DNA of 64,000 nt, from positions 256,000,001-256,064,000 of the forward strand of contig NC_086097.1 of NCBI RefSeq assembly GCF_963921235.1, read 5' to 3'. The notes under the pieces were generated by a model. That model had not been told where the DNA came from and did no database searches. It saw nothing but the letters and a program-made list of their open reading frames with translations. Positions 49,760 through 61,786 of the stretch are shown here, one piece after another. A program made the translations under genes and the position numbers. The stretch's first letter is position 1. Every line of letters starts with the position of its first letter. The stretch is from Mobula hypostoma. Taxonomy: Eukaryota.

Positions 49760-50059
49760 CTGCAAGAGAAAAAAATGCGAAATTTTAAAGAATCATCTCC
49801 TGCAATTCATTTATGCTGTCTAAATCAGATGCAGATACTTTCAACTTAATTATCCTTAGGAACACTAATTTGGCTCTGACATAATCAAAAATTCATATTT
49901 TATTAATTTATTAAAAGCTTTGTTTAATATTTTTCAAGTATGAACTCATTTAAAACCCATTGCCACATTCATTTCAGAGTCTGTTGCAGATTTTGAATAA
50001 GCAAAATTGAAGATTTCTAAATTAAACACAATTTAATTTCCTGGTAATATTTCTGGTAA

Positions 50060-53000
50060 TACGAGAGACAATGCAGAAATCAGAGATACACGGCAACTTG
50101 GGAGTCCTTGAGCAGGATTCTTTCAAGGTTAACTTGCAGGTTGAGTCAGTAGAAAGAAAGGCGAACACAATATTAGCATTCATTTCTAGTGGATTAGAAA
50201 ACAAAAGCAAGGATGTATTGCTGAGCTTTATAAGGCTTTTGTCAAACAACACTTGGAGTACGAAGAGCAGCTTGGGCCCTTTATCCAAGAAAAGATGTGC
50301 TGGCATTGGAGAGAGTCCAGAAGAGATTCACAAGAATGATCCTGGGAATGACAGAGTTAATGTATGATGAGCATTGAATGGCTCTGGGTCTGTACTTGTG
50401 AGAGTTTAGAAGAATTGGGGTGAATCATTGTGGATAGAGCTAAGGAACTGCAAGGGTAAAAAAAAAACCCTGATGGGACTTACATACAGATTCCTAAACA
50501 GTAGCAAGGATGTGGTCTACAAATACAACATGAGACAGAAAATGCATGTCAAAAGGGCAATGTTACAATAGTCACGAGGGGATTTCAATATGCAAGTAGA
50601 TTGGGAAAATCAGGTTGTGCTGGATTACAAGAGGAAGAATTTTCAGAATGCCTACAAGAGCAACAATTAGTGGGAAGTTAGATAAATGGGAAGCTTTTAA
50701 AAACCAACAAAAAGCAAAAAAAATTCATTAAGAAGGCAAAGATGGAATATGAAATTAAGCTAGCCAATAATATTAAAGAGGATACCAGAAGTTTCTTCAG
50801 ATATACAAAGTGTAAAAGAGAGGTGAGAATGGACATCAGATCACTGGAAAATGATGTTGGAGAGATTGTAATAGGGACAAGGAAATGGCAGATGAACTGA
50901 ATAAGTATTTTCCAACAATCTTCACTGTGGAAGACACTTTCACCAAGGATCTGAAAGAGATGGCCGAAGAGATTATAGCTCCCCCTCAACAATAAGTACT
51001 CCATTTTGAGCACTGTTGGGTGGGGGAAGGAATGACCTACCTGAAGGGAAGGCAGTGGATATTGTCTACATGGACTTCAGTAAGGTCTTTGACAAGGTCC
51101 CGCATGGGAGGTTAGTTAGGAAAATTCAGTCGCTAGGTATATATGGAGAGGTGGTAAATTGGGTCAGACATTGGCTCAATGGAAGAAAGTGGTAGTAGAG
51201 AATTGCTTCCCCGAGTGGAGGCCTGTGACTAGTGGTGTGCCACAGGGATCAGTGCTGGGTCCATTGTTATTTGTCATCTATATCAATGATCTGGATGATA
51301 ATGTGGTAAATTGGATCAGCAAATTTGCTGATGATACAAAGATTGGAGGTGTAGTAGACAGTGAGGAAGGTTTTCAGAGCCTGCAGAGGGACTTGGACCA
51401 GCTGGAAAAATGGGCTGAAAAATGGCAGATGGAGTTTAATACAGACAAGTGTGAGGTATTGCACGTTGGAAGGACAAACCAAGGTAGAACATACAGGGTT
51501 AATGGTAAGGCACTGAGGAGTGCAGTGGAACAGAGGGATCTGGGAATACAGATACAAAATTCCCTAAAAGTAGCATCACAGGTAGATAGGGTTGTAAAGA
51601 GAGCTTTTGGTACATTGGCCTTTATTAATCAAAGTATTGAGTATAAGAGCTGGAATGTTATGATGAGGTTGTATAAGGCATTGGTGAGGCCGAATCTGGA
51701 GTATTGTGTTCAGTTTTGGTCACCAAATTACAGGAATGATATTAATAAGGTTGAAAGAGTGCAGAGAAGGTTTACAAGGATGTTGCCGGGACTTGAGAAA
51801 CTCAGTTACAGAGAAAGGTTGAATAGGTTAGGACTTTATTCCCTGGAGCGTAGAAGAATGAGGGGAGATTTGATAGAGGTATATAAAATTATGATGGGTA
51901 TAGATAGAGTGAATGCAAGCAGGCTTTTTCCACCGAGGCAAAGGGAGAAAAAAAACAGAGGACATGGGTTAAGGGTGAGGGGGGAAAAGTTTAAAGGGAA
52001 CATTAGGGGGGGCTTCTTCACACAGAGAGTTGTGGGAGTATAGAATGAGCTGCCAGACGAGGTGGTAAATGCGGTTTCTTTTTTAACATTTAAGAATAAA
52101 TTGGACAGATACGTGGATGGGAGGTGTATGGAGGGATATGGTCCGTGTGCAGGTCAGTGGGACTAGGCAGAAAATGGTTCGGCACAGCCAAGAAGGGCCA
52201 AAAGGCCTGATTCTGTGCTGTACTTTCTATGGTTTCTATGGAAGCAACAGCTGCCATACCTCTGGTACTGACTCTGGCCCTGTGGCTCAGAAGGGGAGGG
52301 AACTGAAGAGTATGGCAGCAGTAACAGGGACTCTATAGTCAGGGGGACAGATAGACAATTCTGTGGCACAAAAAGGAAACACGGATGGTAGTTTACCTCC
52401 CAGATGCCAGGGCCTGAAATGTATCTGGATGCATCACAATATCCTGAAAAGGAAGGTGAGCAGCCAGGAGTTGTGATACATATTGGTACCAAAGACATAG
52501 GTAGAAAAAAGGAGAAGGTCCTGAAAAAAAAGAATAGAGGGAGTTAGGAAGGAATGTGAGAAGCAGGACCTCAAGGGTAGTAATCTTGGGATTGCTGCCT
52601 GTGCCATGCAACAGTGAGGATAGGAATAGACTGGGGTGGCAGATAAATGTGTGGTTGAAGAATTGGGGCAGAGGCAGGGATTCAGATTTCCGGATTAATT
52701 GGGACCACTCCTGGGACAGGTGGGACCTGTACAAAAGGGATGAGTTACATTTGAATCCGAGGAGTCCAATATTCTGGTGGGCAGATTTACTAGAACTGTT
52801 GGAAGTGGTTTAAATTAATATGACAGGGGGATGGGAACTAGGATGATCAAGCTGAGGATGAGCCAACAGGTTTACAAGTAGATAGAAACACAGAAACATA
52901 GAAAACTTACAGCACAATACAGGCCCTTTGGCCCACAAAGGTGTGCCAAACATGTCCCTACCTTAGAAATTACTAGGGTTACCCATAGCCCTCTATTTTT

Positions 53001-55026
53001 CTAACCTCCATGTACCTATCCAAAAGTTTCTTAAAAGACCCTATCATATCCACCTCCACCACCATTGCTGGCAGCCCATTCCACGCATTCACCACTCTCT
53101 GCGTAAAAAACTTACCCCTGACATTTCCTCTGTACCTACTCCCAAGCACTTTAAACCTGTGCCCTCTTGTGGCAGCCATTTCAGCCCTGGGAAAAAGCCT
53201 TTGACTATCCACAAGATCAATGCCTCTCATCATCTTATACACTTCTATCAGGTCACCTCTCATCCTCCGTCGCTCCAAGGAGAAAAGGCCGAGTTCACTC
53301 AACCAGGCTGAGTTCACTCCACTTGGTGTAACATGAATGTACGGAAGGACACACCAATGATGGGTACAAATGCAGACAGAACAAAGAGTTAAATTGTACC
53401 ACAGAGACAAAATTCAAAAGGGTGAAGAATGCAGGACTGAAGGTGCTGTATTGAAATGCGCATAGCATTCGGAATAAGGTGGATGAACTCATGGTGCAAT
53501 TTGAGAATGGGTGGTATGACACTGTGGGTATCACTGAGTTGTGGCTGAAAGGCGGCCATAATTGGGAGATTAACATCAATATACTTCATATCAAAAGTAC
53601 AGGCAGGAAGGTGTAGGCGGTGGTGTGGCTCTTTTGGTAAGAGATGGTATTACAACTTTAGAAAGAGATGAGATAGGATCAGAGAAGGTTGAAACTTCGT
53701 CTGTGTGGATTTAAGAAATTGCAAGGGTAAAAAAATGCATTATGGAAGTCATATATAGGCCTCCAAATAGTAGCCAAGATCTGGAGTTGAGATTGCAAAG
53801 GGAGCTGGAAAAGGCATGTAATGAGGGTAATGACGCAATTGTAATGGGGGCCTTCAATATGCAAGGCGATTGGGAAGATCAGGTTGTGTTGGATCACAAG
53901 AGAGGGAATTTGCTGAATGCCTACGAGATGGCTTTTTAGAGCAGCTTGTGCTTGAGCCTACTCGGTGAAAGGCTACCTTAGATTGGGTTTTCTGTAATAA
54001 CCCAGATCTTATTAGGGAGCTTAGCATAAAGAAACCCTTAGGAGACCGTGATTATAATATGATTGAATTGATACTACAAATTGAAAGGGAGAAGCATAAC
54101 TCACATGTATCTATCCCAATGGAATGAATAAAGGAAATTAGAGGCATGAGAGAGGAGCTTGCCCAGATGGATTGGAGGAGAATACTGGCAGGGATGCCGG
54201 CAGAGCAGAGATGCCAGAAGTTTCTGGGAATCGTTCAGCAGGCGCAGGACAGACATGTCCTACAAAGGAAGAAGGTTACAAAGAAAAAAGTGCTAGGCAA
54301 ACTCAAAGTTCTTAAGGTGGATTGGTCCACCTGGGGCAGATGGACTACATCAATCTACTGCAATTTTTTGAGGAAATTACAAGGAGGGTAGACAAAGGAG
54401 ATACGGTAGATGTGGTGTACTTGGATTTCAGAAGACCTTTAACCAAAGTGCCGCACACGAGGCTGCTTAGCAAGGTAAGAGCCCATGGAGTCACATGGAA
54501 GTTACTAGCATGGGTGGAGCATTGGCTAATCGGCAGAAAACAGAGAGTGGGAATAAAGGGATCCTATTCTAGCTGGTTGCTGGTTACAGGTGGAGTTCCA
54601 CAGGAGTCGGTGTTAGGACTGCAGCTTTTTACAATGTATGTCAATGACTTAAGACTATGAGATTAATGGATTTGTGGCTAAATTTGCCGATAATACAAAG
54701 GTAGGTGGAGGAGCGGGTAGTGTTGAGGAAACAGAGAGCCTGCAGAGAGACTTAGTTTAGGGGAATGGGCAAAGAAGTGACAAATGAAATATAATGTTGG
54801 AAAGTGTATGGTCATGCACTTTGGTAGAAGAAATAAATGAGCAGACTACTATTTAGATGGGGAGAGAATTCAAAATGCGGAGTTGCAAATGGACTTGGGA
54901 GTTCTTGTGCAGGATACCCTAGAGGTTAACCTCCAGGTTGGTGGTGAAGAACGTGAATGCAGTGTTGGCATTCATTTCTTGATATATAAAATAGAAGAGC
55001 AGGGATGTGATGTTGAAGCTCTGTAA
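50060..55026 (+). mobile_element. Degraded plus-strand CR1 mosaic containing younger inserts (51043-52240 and a minus 3' end at 52882-53320)
   Basis: Fragmentary ORF1, APE and RT motifs throughout. Confidence 0.75.
51043..52240 (+). mobile_element. CR1 subfamily A RT 3' fragment
   Basis: ORF 51159-52043; near-identical to 5943-7143; tail ttctatgg. Confidence 0.93.
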
Positions 55027-55436
55027 CAGGGGTCGGCAACCTTTTTGCCTCTGTGGGCCGGATCGCGTATTAATGAGCGGACGGTGGGCCAGACAAATGC
55101 CATAAAAAAGTTGAAATATGGGAATTATCCATTTAAACACATCTAGTTATGTTTTGCCTCAAATTAATGAATAACACATGCTAGAAAATCATTTGTGCTT
55201 AACCAAGGATGCCAATTAGTAATCAAAGAACTTAGTTTAGTTGCAATTTATTTCAATCAAGGCATCTTTTGAATCTATTAAGAGAACACAAAGAATCTTT
55301 AAACATAAAACGTATGAACATGATGCATTGAATGGTGGTAAATTAAGTATAATAAAAAAGAAAATTTTAATGCAAACAGTCGATAAATCAATGTGAAACT
55401 TGATGCTGTTTGTTGCTTGAAAGCTTCTCAATATTC
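55027..55436 (-). mobile_element. hAT (Charlie/Buster-type) transposon 3' end
   Basis: TIR CAGGGGTCGGCAACCT at 55027, preceded by the 8-mer ctctgtaa. Minus strand 55435-55388 reads NIEKLSSNKQHQVSH*, like Charlie/Buster transposase C-termini. Confidence 0.8.
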
Positions 55437-56839
55437 TCTATAGTCAGGGGAGCAGACAGGAGATTTTGTGGATGTGAGAAGGACACCCGCATGGTTTGTT
55501 GCCTCCCAGGTGCCAGGGTCCGGGATGTCTCTGACTGGGTGCACGACATCCTGGTACGAGAGGGAAAGCAACCAGAAGTCGTGATACATGTTGGGACCAA
55601 TGACATAGGCAGGAAGAGGGATGAGGTCCTGAAGTGTGAATTTCGGGAAGTAGGCAGAAGGCTGAAGAACAGGACCTCAAGGGTGGCGTTCTCAGGATTG
55701 CTGCCAGTGCTACGTGACAGTGATGGTAAGAATTGGAGGAGATGGCAGTTGAATGCATGGCTGAGGAATTGGTGCAGGGAGCAGGGTTTTAGATTTTTGG
55801 ATCATTGGGATCTCTTCTGGGGAAGGTGGGACCTGCACAGATTGAATGGGTTGCACCTGAACTCCAGGGGGAGCAATATCCTTGCAGGTAGGTTCGCTGG
55901 CATGGTTCGGGAGGGTTTAAACTAACTGGCAAAGGGGATGGGACCCAGAGCGATAGAGCAGTGAAAGAAGTGCATGGAGTAAAGCCGGATCTAACATACA
56001 GAGAGACTTTGAGGAAAGAGAAGCAGAATAAACGGTGTAAAGACAGTAAGGTAGAAGGGCTGAAATATGTGTACCTCAATGCAAGAAGCATCAGGAACGA
56101 AGGTGATGAACTGAGAGCTTGGATACATACATGGAATTATGATGTAGTGGCCATTACAGACTTGGCTGGCACCAGGGCAGGAATGGATTCTCAATATTCC
56201 TGGATTTCAGTGCTTTAAGAGGGATAGAGAGTGTGGAAAAAGGGGAGGAGGGGTGGCATTACTGGTTAGGGATACTATTACAGCAACAGAAAGGGTGGGT
56301 AATGTAGCAGGATCCTCTTTTGAGTCAATATGGGTGGAAGTCAGGAACAGGAAGGGAGCAGTTACTCTATTGGGGTTAATCTATAGGCCCCCTGGTAGCA
56401 GCAGAGATACAGAGGAGCAGATTGGGAGGCAGATTTTGGAAAGGTGCAAAAATAACAGGGTTGTTATCATGGGTGACTTTAACTTCCCTAATATTGATTG
56501 GCACCTGATTAGTTCCAAGGGTTTAGATGGGGAAGAATTTGTTAAGTGTGTCCAGGATGGATTCCTGTCACAGTATGTGGACAGGCCGACCAGGGGGAAT
56601 GCCATACTAGATCTAGTACTAGGTAATGAACCGGATCAGATCACAGATCTCTCAGTGGGTGAGCATCTGGGGGACAGTGACCACTGCTCCCTGGCCTTTA
56701 GCATTATCATGGAAAAGGATAGAATCAGAGAGGAGAGGAACATTTTTAATTGGGGAAGGGCAAATTATGAGGCTATAAGGCTAGAACTTGCAGGTGTGAA
56801 TTGGGATGAAGTTTTTCCAGGGAAATGTACTATGGACAT
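55437..56839 (+). mobile_element. CR1 subfamily C, ORF1 3' half and APE; resumes at 63330-63740
   Basis: ORFs 55410-55925 and 56253-57059. ...GKCTMD joins MWS... at 63331 across the nested inserts (cat duplicated). Confidence 0.9.
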
Positions 56840-58252
56840 AGAAACCATAGAAACTACAGCACAGAATCAGGCCTTTTGGCCCTTCTTGGCTGTGCTGAAC
56901 CATTTTCTGCCTAGTCCCACTGACCTGCACACGGACCATATCCCTCCATACACCTCCCATCCATGTATCTGTCCAATTTATTCTTCAATGTTAAAAAAGA
57001 ACCCGCATTTACCACCTTGTCTGGCAGCTCATTCCATACTCCCACCACTCTCTGTATGAAGAAGCCCCCTCTAATGTTCCCTTTAAACTTTTCCCCCCTC
57101 ACCCTTAACTCATGTCCTCTGGTTTTTTTCTCCCCTTGCCTCAGTGGAAAAAGTCTGCTTGCATTCACTCTACCTATACCCATCATAATTTTATATACCT
57201 CTATCAAATCTCCCCTCATTCTTCTACGCTCCAGGGAATAAAGTCCTAACCTATTCAACCTTTCTCTGTAACTGAGTTTCTCAAGTCCCGGCAACATCCT
57301 TGTAAACCTTCTCTGCACTCTTTCAACCTTATTTATATCCTTCCTGTAATTTGGTGACCAAAACTGAACACAATACTCCAGATTCGGCCTCACCAATGCC
57401 TTATACAACCTCATCATAACATTCTAGCTCTTATACTCAATACTTCGATTCATAAAGGCCAATGTACCAAAAGCTCTCTTTACGACCCTATCTACCTGTG
57501 ACGACACTTTTAGGGAATTTTGTATCTGTATTCCCAGATCCCTCTGTTCCACTGCACTCCTCAGTGCCTTACCATTAACCCTGTATGTTCTACCTTGGTT
57601 TGTCCTTCCAACGTGCAATACCTCACACTTGTCTGTATTAAACTCCATCTGCCATTTTTCAGCCCATTTTTCCAGCTGGTCCAAGTCCCTCTGCAGGCTC
57701 TGAAAACCTTCCTCACTGTCTACTACACCTCCAATCTTTGTATCATCAGCAAATTTGCTGATCCAATTCACCACATTATCATCCAGATCATTGATATAGA
57801 TGACAAATAACAATGGACCCAGCACTGATCCCTGTGGCACACCACTAGTCACAGGCCTCCACTCGGAGAAGCAATTCTCTACTACCACTCTTTGGCTTCT
57901 TCCGTTGAGCCAATGTCTAATCCAATTTACCACCTCTCCATGTATACCTAGCGACTGAATTTTCCTAACTAACCTCCCATGTGGGACCTTGTCAAAGGCC
58001 TTACTGAAGTCCATGTAGACAATATCCACTGCCTTCCCTTCATCCACTTTCCTGGTAACCTCCTCGAAAAACTCCAATAGATTGGTCAAACATGACCTAC
58101 CACGCATAAAGCCATGTTGACTCTCCCTAATAAGTCCCTGCCTATCCAAATGCTTGTAGTTTCTGTCTCCTAGTACTCCCTCCAATAACTTACCTACTAC
58201 CACGTTAAATTTACTGGCCTATAATTTCCCTGATTACTTTTCGATCCTTTTT

Positions 58253-61200
58253 CGATATTTCTGATCGTGTCCAAGATATCCTGAAGTGGGAGGGTGAGGA
58301 GCCAGAGGTCGTGGTACATATAGGTACCAATGACATAGGTAGGAAAAGGGATGAGGTCCTGAAAGGAGAATATAGGGAGCTAGGAAGGGAGTTGAGAAAA
58401 AGGACCGCAAAGGTAGTAATCTCCGGATTACTGCCTGTGCCACGCGACAGTGAGAGTAGGAATGCGATGAGGTGGAGGATAAATGCGTGGCTGAGGGATT
58501 GGAGCAGGGGACAGGGATTCAAGTTTTTGGATCATTGGGACTTCTTTTGGCGCAGGCATGACCTGTACAAAAAGGACGGGTTACACTTGAATCCTAGGGG
58601 GACCAATATCCTGGCAGGGAGATTAGCGGGGGCTACTGAGGTGACTTTAAATTAGAATGGTTGGGGGGTGGGAATCAAATTAAAGAGGCTAGGCGTGAGG
58701 AGGTTAGTTCACAACAGGGGGATGGGAACAAGTGCAGAGAGACAAGAGGGGTGTAAAGTGAGGGTAGAAGCAAAAAGTACTAAGGAGAAAAGGAAAAGTG
58801 GCAGGCCGACAAATCCAGGGCAAGCATTAAAAAGGGCCACTTTTCAACATAATTGTATAAGGGCTAAGAGAGTTGTAAAAGAGCGCCTGAAGGCTTTGTG
58901 TGTCAATGCAAGAAGCATTCGTAATAAGGTGGATGAATTGAAAGTGCAGATTGTTATTAATGATTATGATATAGTTGGGATCACAGAGACATGGCTCCAG
59001 GGTGACCAGGGATGGGAGCTCAACGTTCAGGGATATTCAATATTCATGAGGGATAGACATGAAGGAAGGGGAGGTGGGGTGGCGTTGCTGGTTAAAGGAG
59101 AGATTAACGCAATAGAAAGGAAGGACATAAGCCGGGAAGATGTGGAATCGATATGGGTAGAGCTGCGTAACACCAAGGGGCAGAAGACGCTGGTGGGAGT
59201 TGTGTACAGGCCACCTAACAGTAGTAGTGAGGTCGGAGATGGTATTAAACAGGAAATTAGAAATGTGTGCAATAAAGGAACAGCAGTTATAATGGGTGAC
59301 TTCAATCTACATGTAGATTGGGTGAACCAAATTGGTAAAGGTGCTGAGGAAGAGGATTTCTTGGAATGTATGCGGGATGGTTTTTTGAACCAACATGTCG
59401 AGGAACCAACTAGAGAGCAGGCTATTCTGGACTGGGTTTTGAGCAATGAGGAAGGGTTAATTAGCGATCTTGTTGTGAGAGGCCCCTTGGGTAAGAGTGA
59501 CCATAATATGGTGGAATTCTTCATTAAGATGGAGAGTGACATAGTTAATTCAGAAACAAAGGTTCTGAACTTAAAGAGGGGTAACTTTGAAGGTATGAGA
59601 CGTGAATTAGATAAGATAGACTGGCAAATGACACTTAAAGGATTGACGGTGGATATGCAATGGCAAGCATTTAAAGGTTGCATGGATGAACTACAACAAT
59701 TGTTCATCCTAGTTTGGCAAAAGAATAAATCAAGGAAGGTAGTGCACCCGTGGCTGACAAGAGAAATTAGGGATAGTATCAATTCCAAAGAAGAAGCATA
59801 CAAATTAGCCAGAGAAAGTGGCTCACCTGAGGACTGGGAGAAATTCAGAGTTCAGCAGAGGAGGACAAAGGGCTTAATTAGGAAGGGGAAAAAAGATTAT
59901 GAGAGAAAACTGGCAGGGAACATCAAAACGGACCGTAAAAGCTTTTATAGATATGTAAAATGGAAAAGACTGGTAAAGACAAATGTAGGTCCCCTGCAGA
60001 CAGAAACAGGTGAATTGATTATGGGGAGCAAGGTCATGGCAGACCAACTGAATAACTACTTTGGTTCTGTCTTCACTAAGGAGGACATAAATAATCTTCC
60101 AGAAATAGTAGGGGACAGAGGGTCCAGTGAGATGGAGGAACTGAGCGAAATACATGTTAGTAGGGAAGTGGTGTTAGGTAAATTGAAGGGATTGAAGGCA
60201 GATAAATCCCCAGGGCCAGATGGTCTGCATCCTAGAGTGCTTAAGGAAGTAGCCCAAGAAATAGTGGATGCATTAGTGATAATTTTTCAAAACTCGTTAG
60301 ATTCTGGACTAGTTCCTGAGGATTGGAGGGTGGCTAATGTAACCCCACTTTTTAAAAAAGGAGGGAGAGAGAAACTGGGGAATTATAGACCGGTTAGCCT
60401 AACGTCGGTGGTAGGGAAACTGCTGGAGTCAGTTATCAAGGATGTGATAACAGCACATTTGGAAAGCGGTGAAATGATCGGACAAAGTCAGCATGGATTT
60501 GTGAAAGGAAAATCATGTCTGACGAATCTCATAGAATTTTTTGAGGATGTAACTAGTAGAGTGGATAGGGGAGAACCAGTGGATGTGGTATATTTGGATT
60601 TTCAAAAGGCTTTTGACAAGGTCCCACACAGGAGATTAGTGTGCAAACTTAAAGCACACGGAATTGGGGGTAAGGTATTGGTGTGGGTGGAGAATTGGTT
60701 AGTAGACAGGAAGCAAAGAGTGGGAATAAACGGGACCTTTTCAGAATGGCAGGCGGTGACTAGTGGGGTACCACAAGGCTCAGTGCTGGGACCCCAGTTG
60801 TTTACAATATATATTAATGACTTGGATGAGGGAATTAAATGCAGCATCTCCAAGTTTGCGGATGACACGAAGCTGGGTGGCAGTGTTAGCTGTGAGGAGG
60901 ATGCTAAGAGGATGCAGGGTGACTTGGATAGGTTGGGTGAGTGGGCAAATTTATGGCAGATGCAATTTAATGTGGATAAATGTGAAGTTATCCACTTTGG
61001 TGGCAAAAATAGGAAAACAGATTATTATCTGAATGGTGGCCGATTAGGAAAAGGGGAGGTGCAACGAGACCCGGGTGTCATTATACACCAGTCATTGAAA
61101 GCGGGCATGCAGGTACAGCAGGCGGTGAAAAAGGCGAATGGTATGCTGGCATTTATAGCGAGAGGATTCGAGTACAGGAGCAGGGAGGTACTACTGCAGT

Positions 61201-61786
61201 TGTACAAGGCCTTGGTGAGACCACACCTGGAGTATTATGTGCAGTTTTGGTCCCCTAATCTGAGGAAAGACATCCTTGCCATAGAGGGAGTACAAAGAAG
61301 GTTCACCAGATTGATTCCTGGGATGGCAGGACTTTCATATGAAGAAAGACTGGATGAACTGGGCCTGTACTCGTTGAAATTTAGAAGATTGAGGGGGGAT
61401 CTGATTGAAACGTATAAGATCCTAAAGGGATTGGACAGGCTAGATGCAGGAAGATTGTTCCCGATGTTGGGGAAGTCCAGAACGAGGGGCCACAGTTTGA
61501 GGATGGAGGGGAAGCCTTTTAGGACCGAGATTAGGAAAAACTTCTTCACACAGAGAGTGGTGAATCTGTGGAATTCTCTGCCACAGGAAACAGTTGAGGC
61601 CAGTTCATTGGCTATATTTAAGAGGGAGTTAGATATGGCCCTTGTGGCTACGGGGGTCAGGGGGTATGGAGGGAAGGCTGGGGCGGGGTTCTGAGTTGGA
61701 GGATCAGCCATGATCATAATAAATGGCGGTGCAGGCTCGAGGGGCCGAATGGCCTACTCCTGCACCTCTTTTCTATGTTTCTATGT
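58253..61786 (+). mobile_element. Young CR1 subfamily B, 5'-truncated within ORF1
   Basis: ORF1 C-terminus to 58655, intact ORF2, 3' UTR and (tttctatg)n tail. Confidence 0.96.
58668..61694 (+). CDS. Intact CR1 ORF2 (APE endonuclease and reverse transcriptase), 1008 aa; first ATG at 58722
   Basis: Uninterrupted frame with NARS, TETW, YRPP, GDFN, SDH, QHGF, DFQKAFD, QGSVLGP and FADD. Confidence 0.93.
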   Translation: MGIKLKRLGVRRLVHNRGMGTSAERQEGCKVRVEAKSTKEKRKSGRPTNPGQALKRATFQHNCIRAKRVVKERLKALCVNARSIRNKVDELKVQIVINDYDIVGITETWLQGDQGWELNVQGYSIFMRDRHEGRGGGVALLVKGEINAIERKDISREDVESIWVELRNTKGQKTLVGVVYRPPNSSSEVGDGIKQEIRNVCNKGTAVIMGDFNLHVDWVNQIGKGAEEEDFLECMRDGFLNQHVEEPTREQAILDWVLSNEEGLISDLVVRGPLGKSDHNMVEFFIKMESDIVNSETKVLNLKRGNFEGMRRELDKIDWQMTLKGLTVDMQWQAFKGCMDELQQLFILVWQKNKSRKVVHPWLTREIRDSINSKEEAYKLARESGSPEDWEKFRVQQRRTKGLIRKGKKDYERKLAGNIKTDRKSFYRYVKWKRLVKTNVGPLQTETGELIMGSKVMADQLNNYFGSVFTKEDINNLPEIVGDRGSSEMEELSEIHVSREVVLGKLKGLKADKSPGPDGLHPRVLKEVAQEIVDALVIIFQNSLDSGLVPEDWRVANVTPLFKKGGREKLGNYRPVSLTSVVGKLLESVIKDVITAHLESGEMIGQSQHGFVKGKSCLTNLIEFFEDVTSRVDRGEPVDVVYLDFQKAFDKVPHRRLVCKLKAHGIGGKVLVWVENWLVDRKQRVGINGTFSEWQAVTSGVPQGSVLGPQLFTIYINDLDEGIKCSISKFADDTKLGGSVSCEEDAKRMQGDLDRLGEWANLWQMQFNVDKCEVIHFGGKNRKTDYYLNGGRLGKGEVQRDPGVIIHQSLKAGMQVQQAVKKANGMLAFIARGFEYRSREVLLQLYKALVRPHLEYYVQFWSPNLRKDILAIEGVQRRFTRLIPGMAGLSYEERLDELGLYSLKFRRLRGDLIETYKILKGLDRLDAGRLFPMLGKSRTRGHSLRMEGKPFRTEIRKNFFTQRVVNLWNSLPQETVEASSLAIFKRELDMALVATGVRGYGGKAGAGF

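Noticed and set aside
58668..61694. Novel RT system (retron, DGR or defence RT)
   Set aside because: The APE+RT architecture, esterase ORF1 and microsatellite tail are standard for CR1 LINEs.
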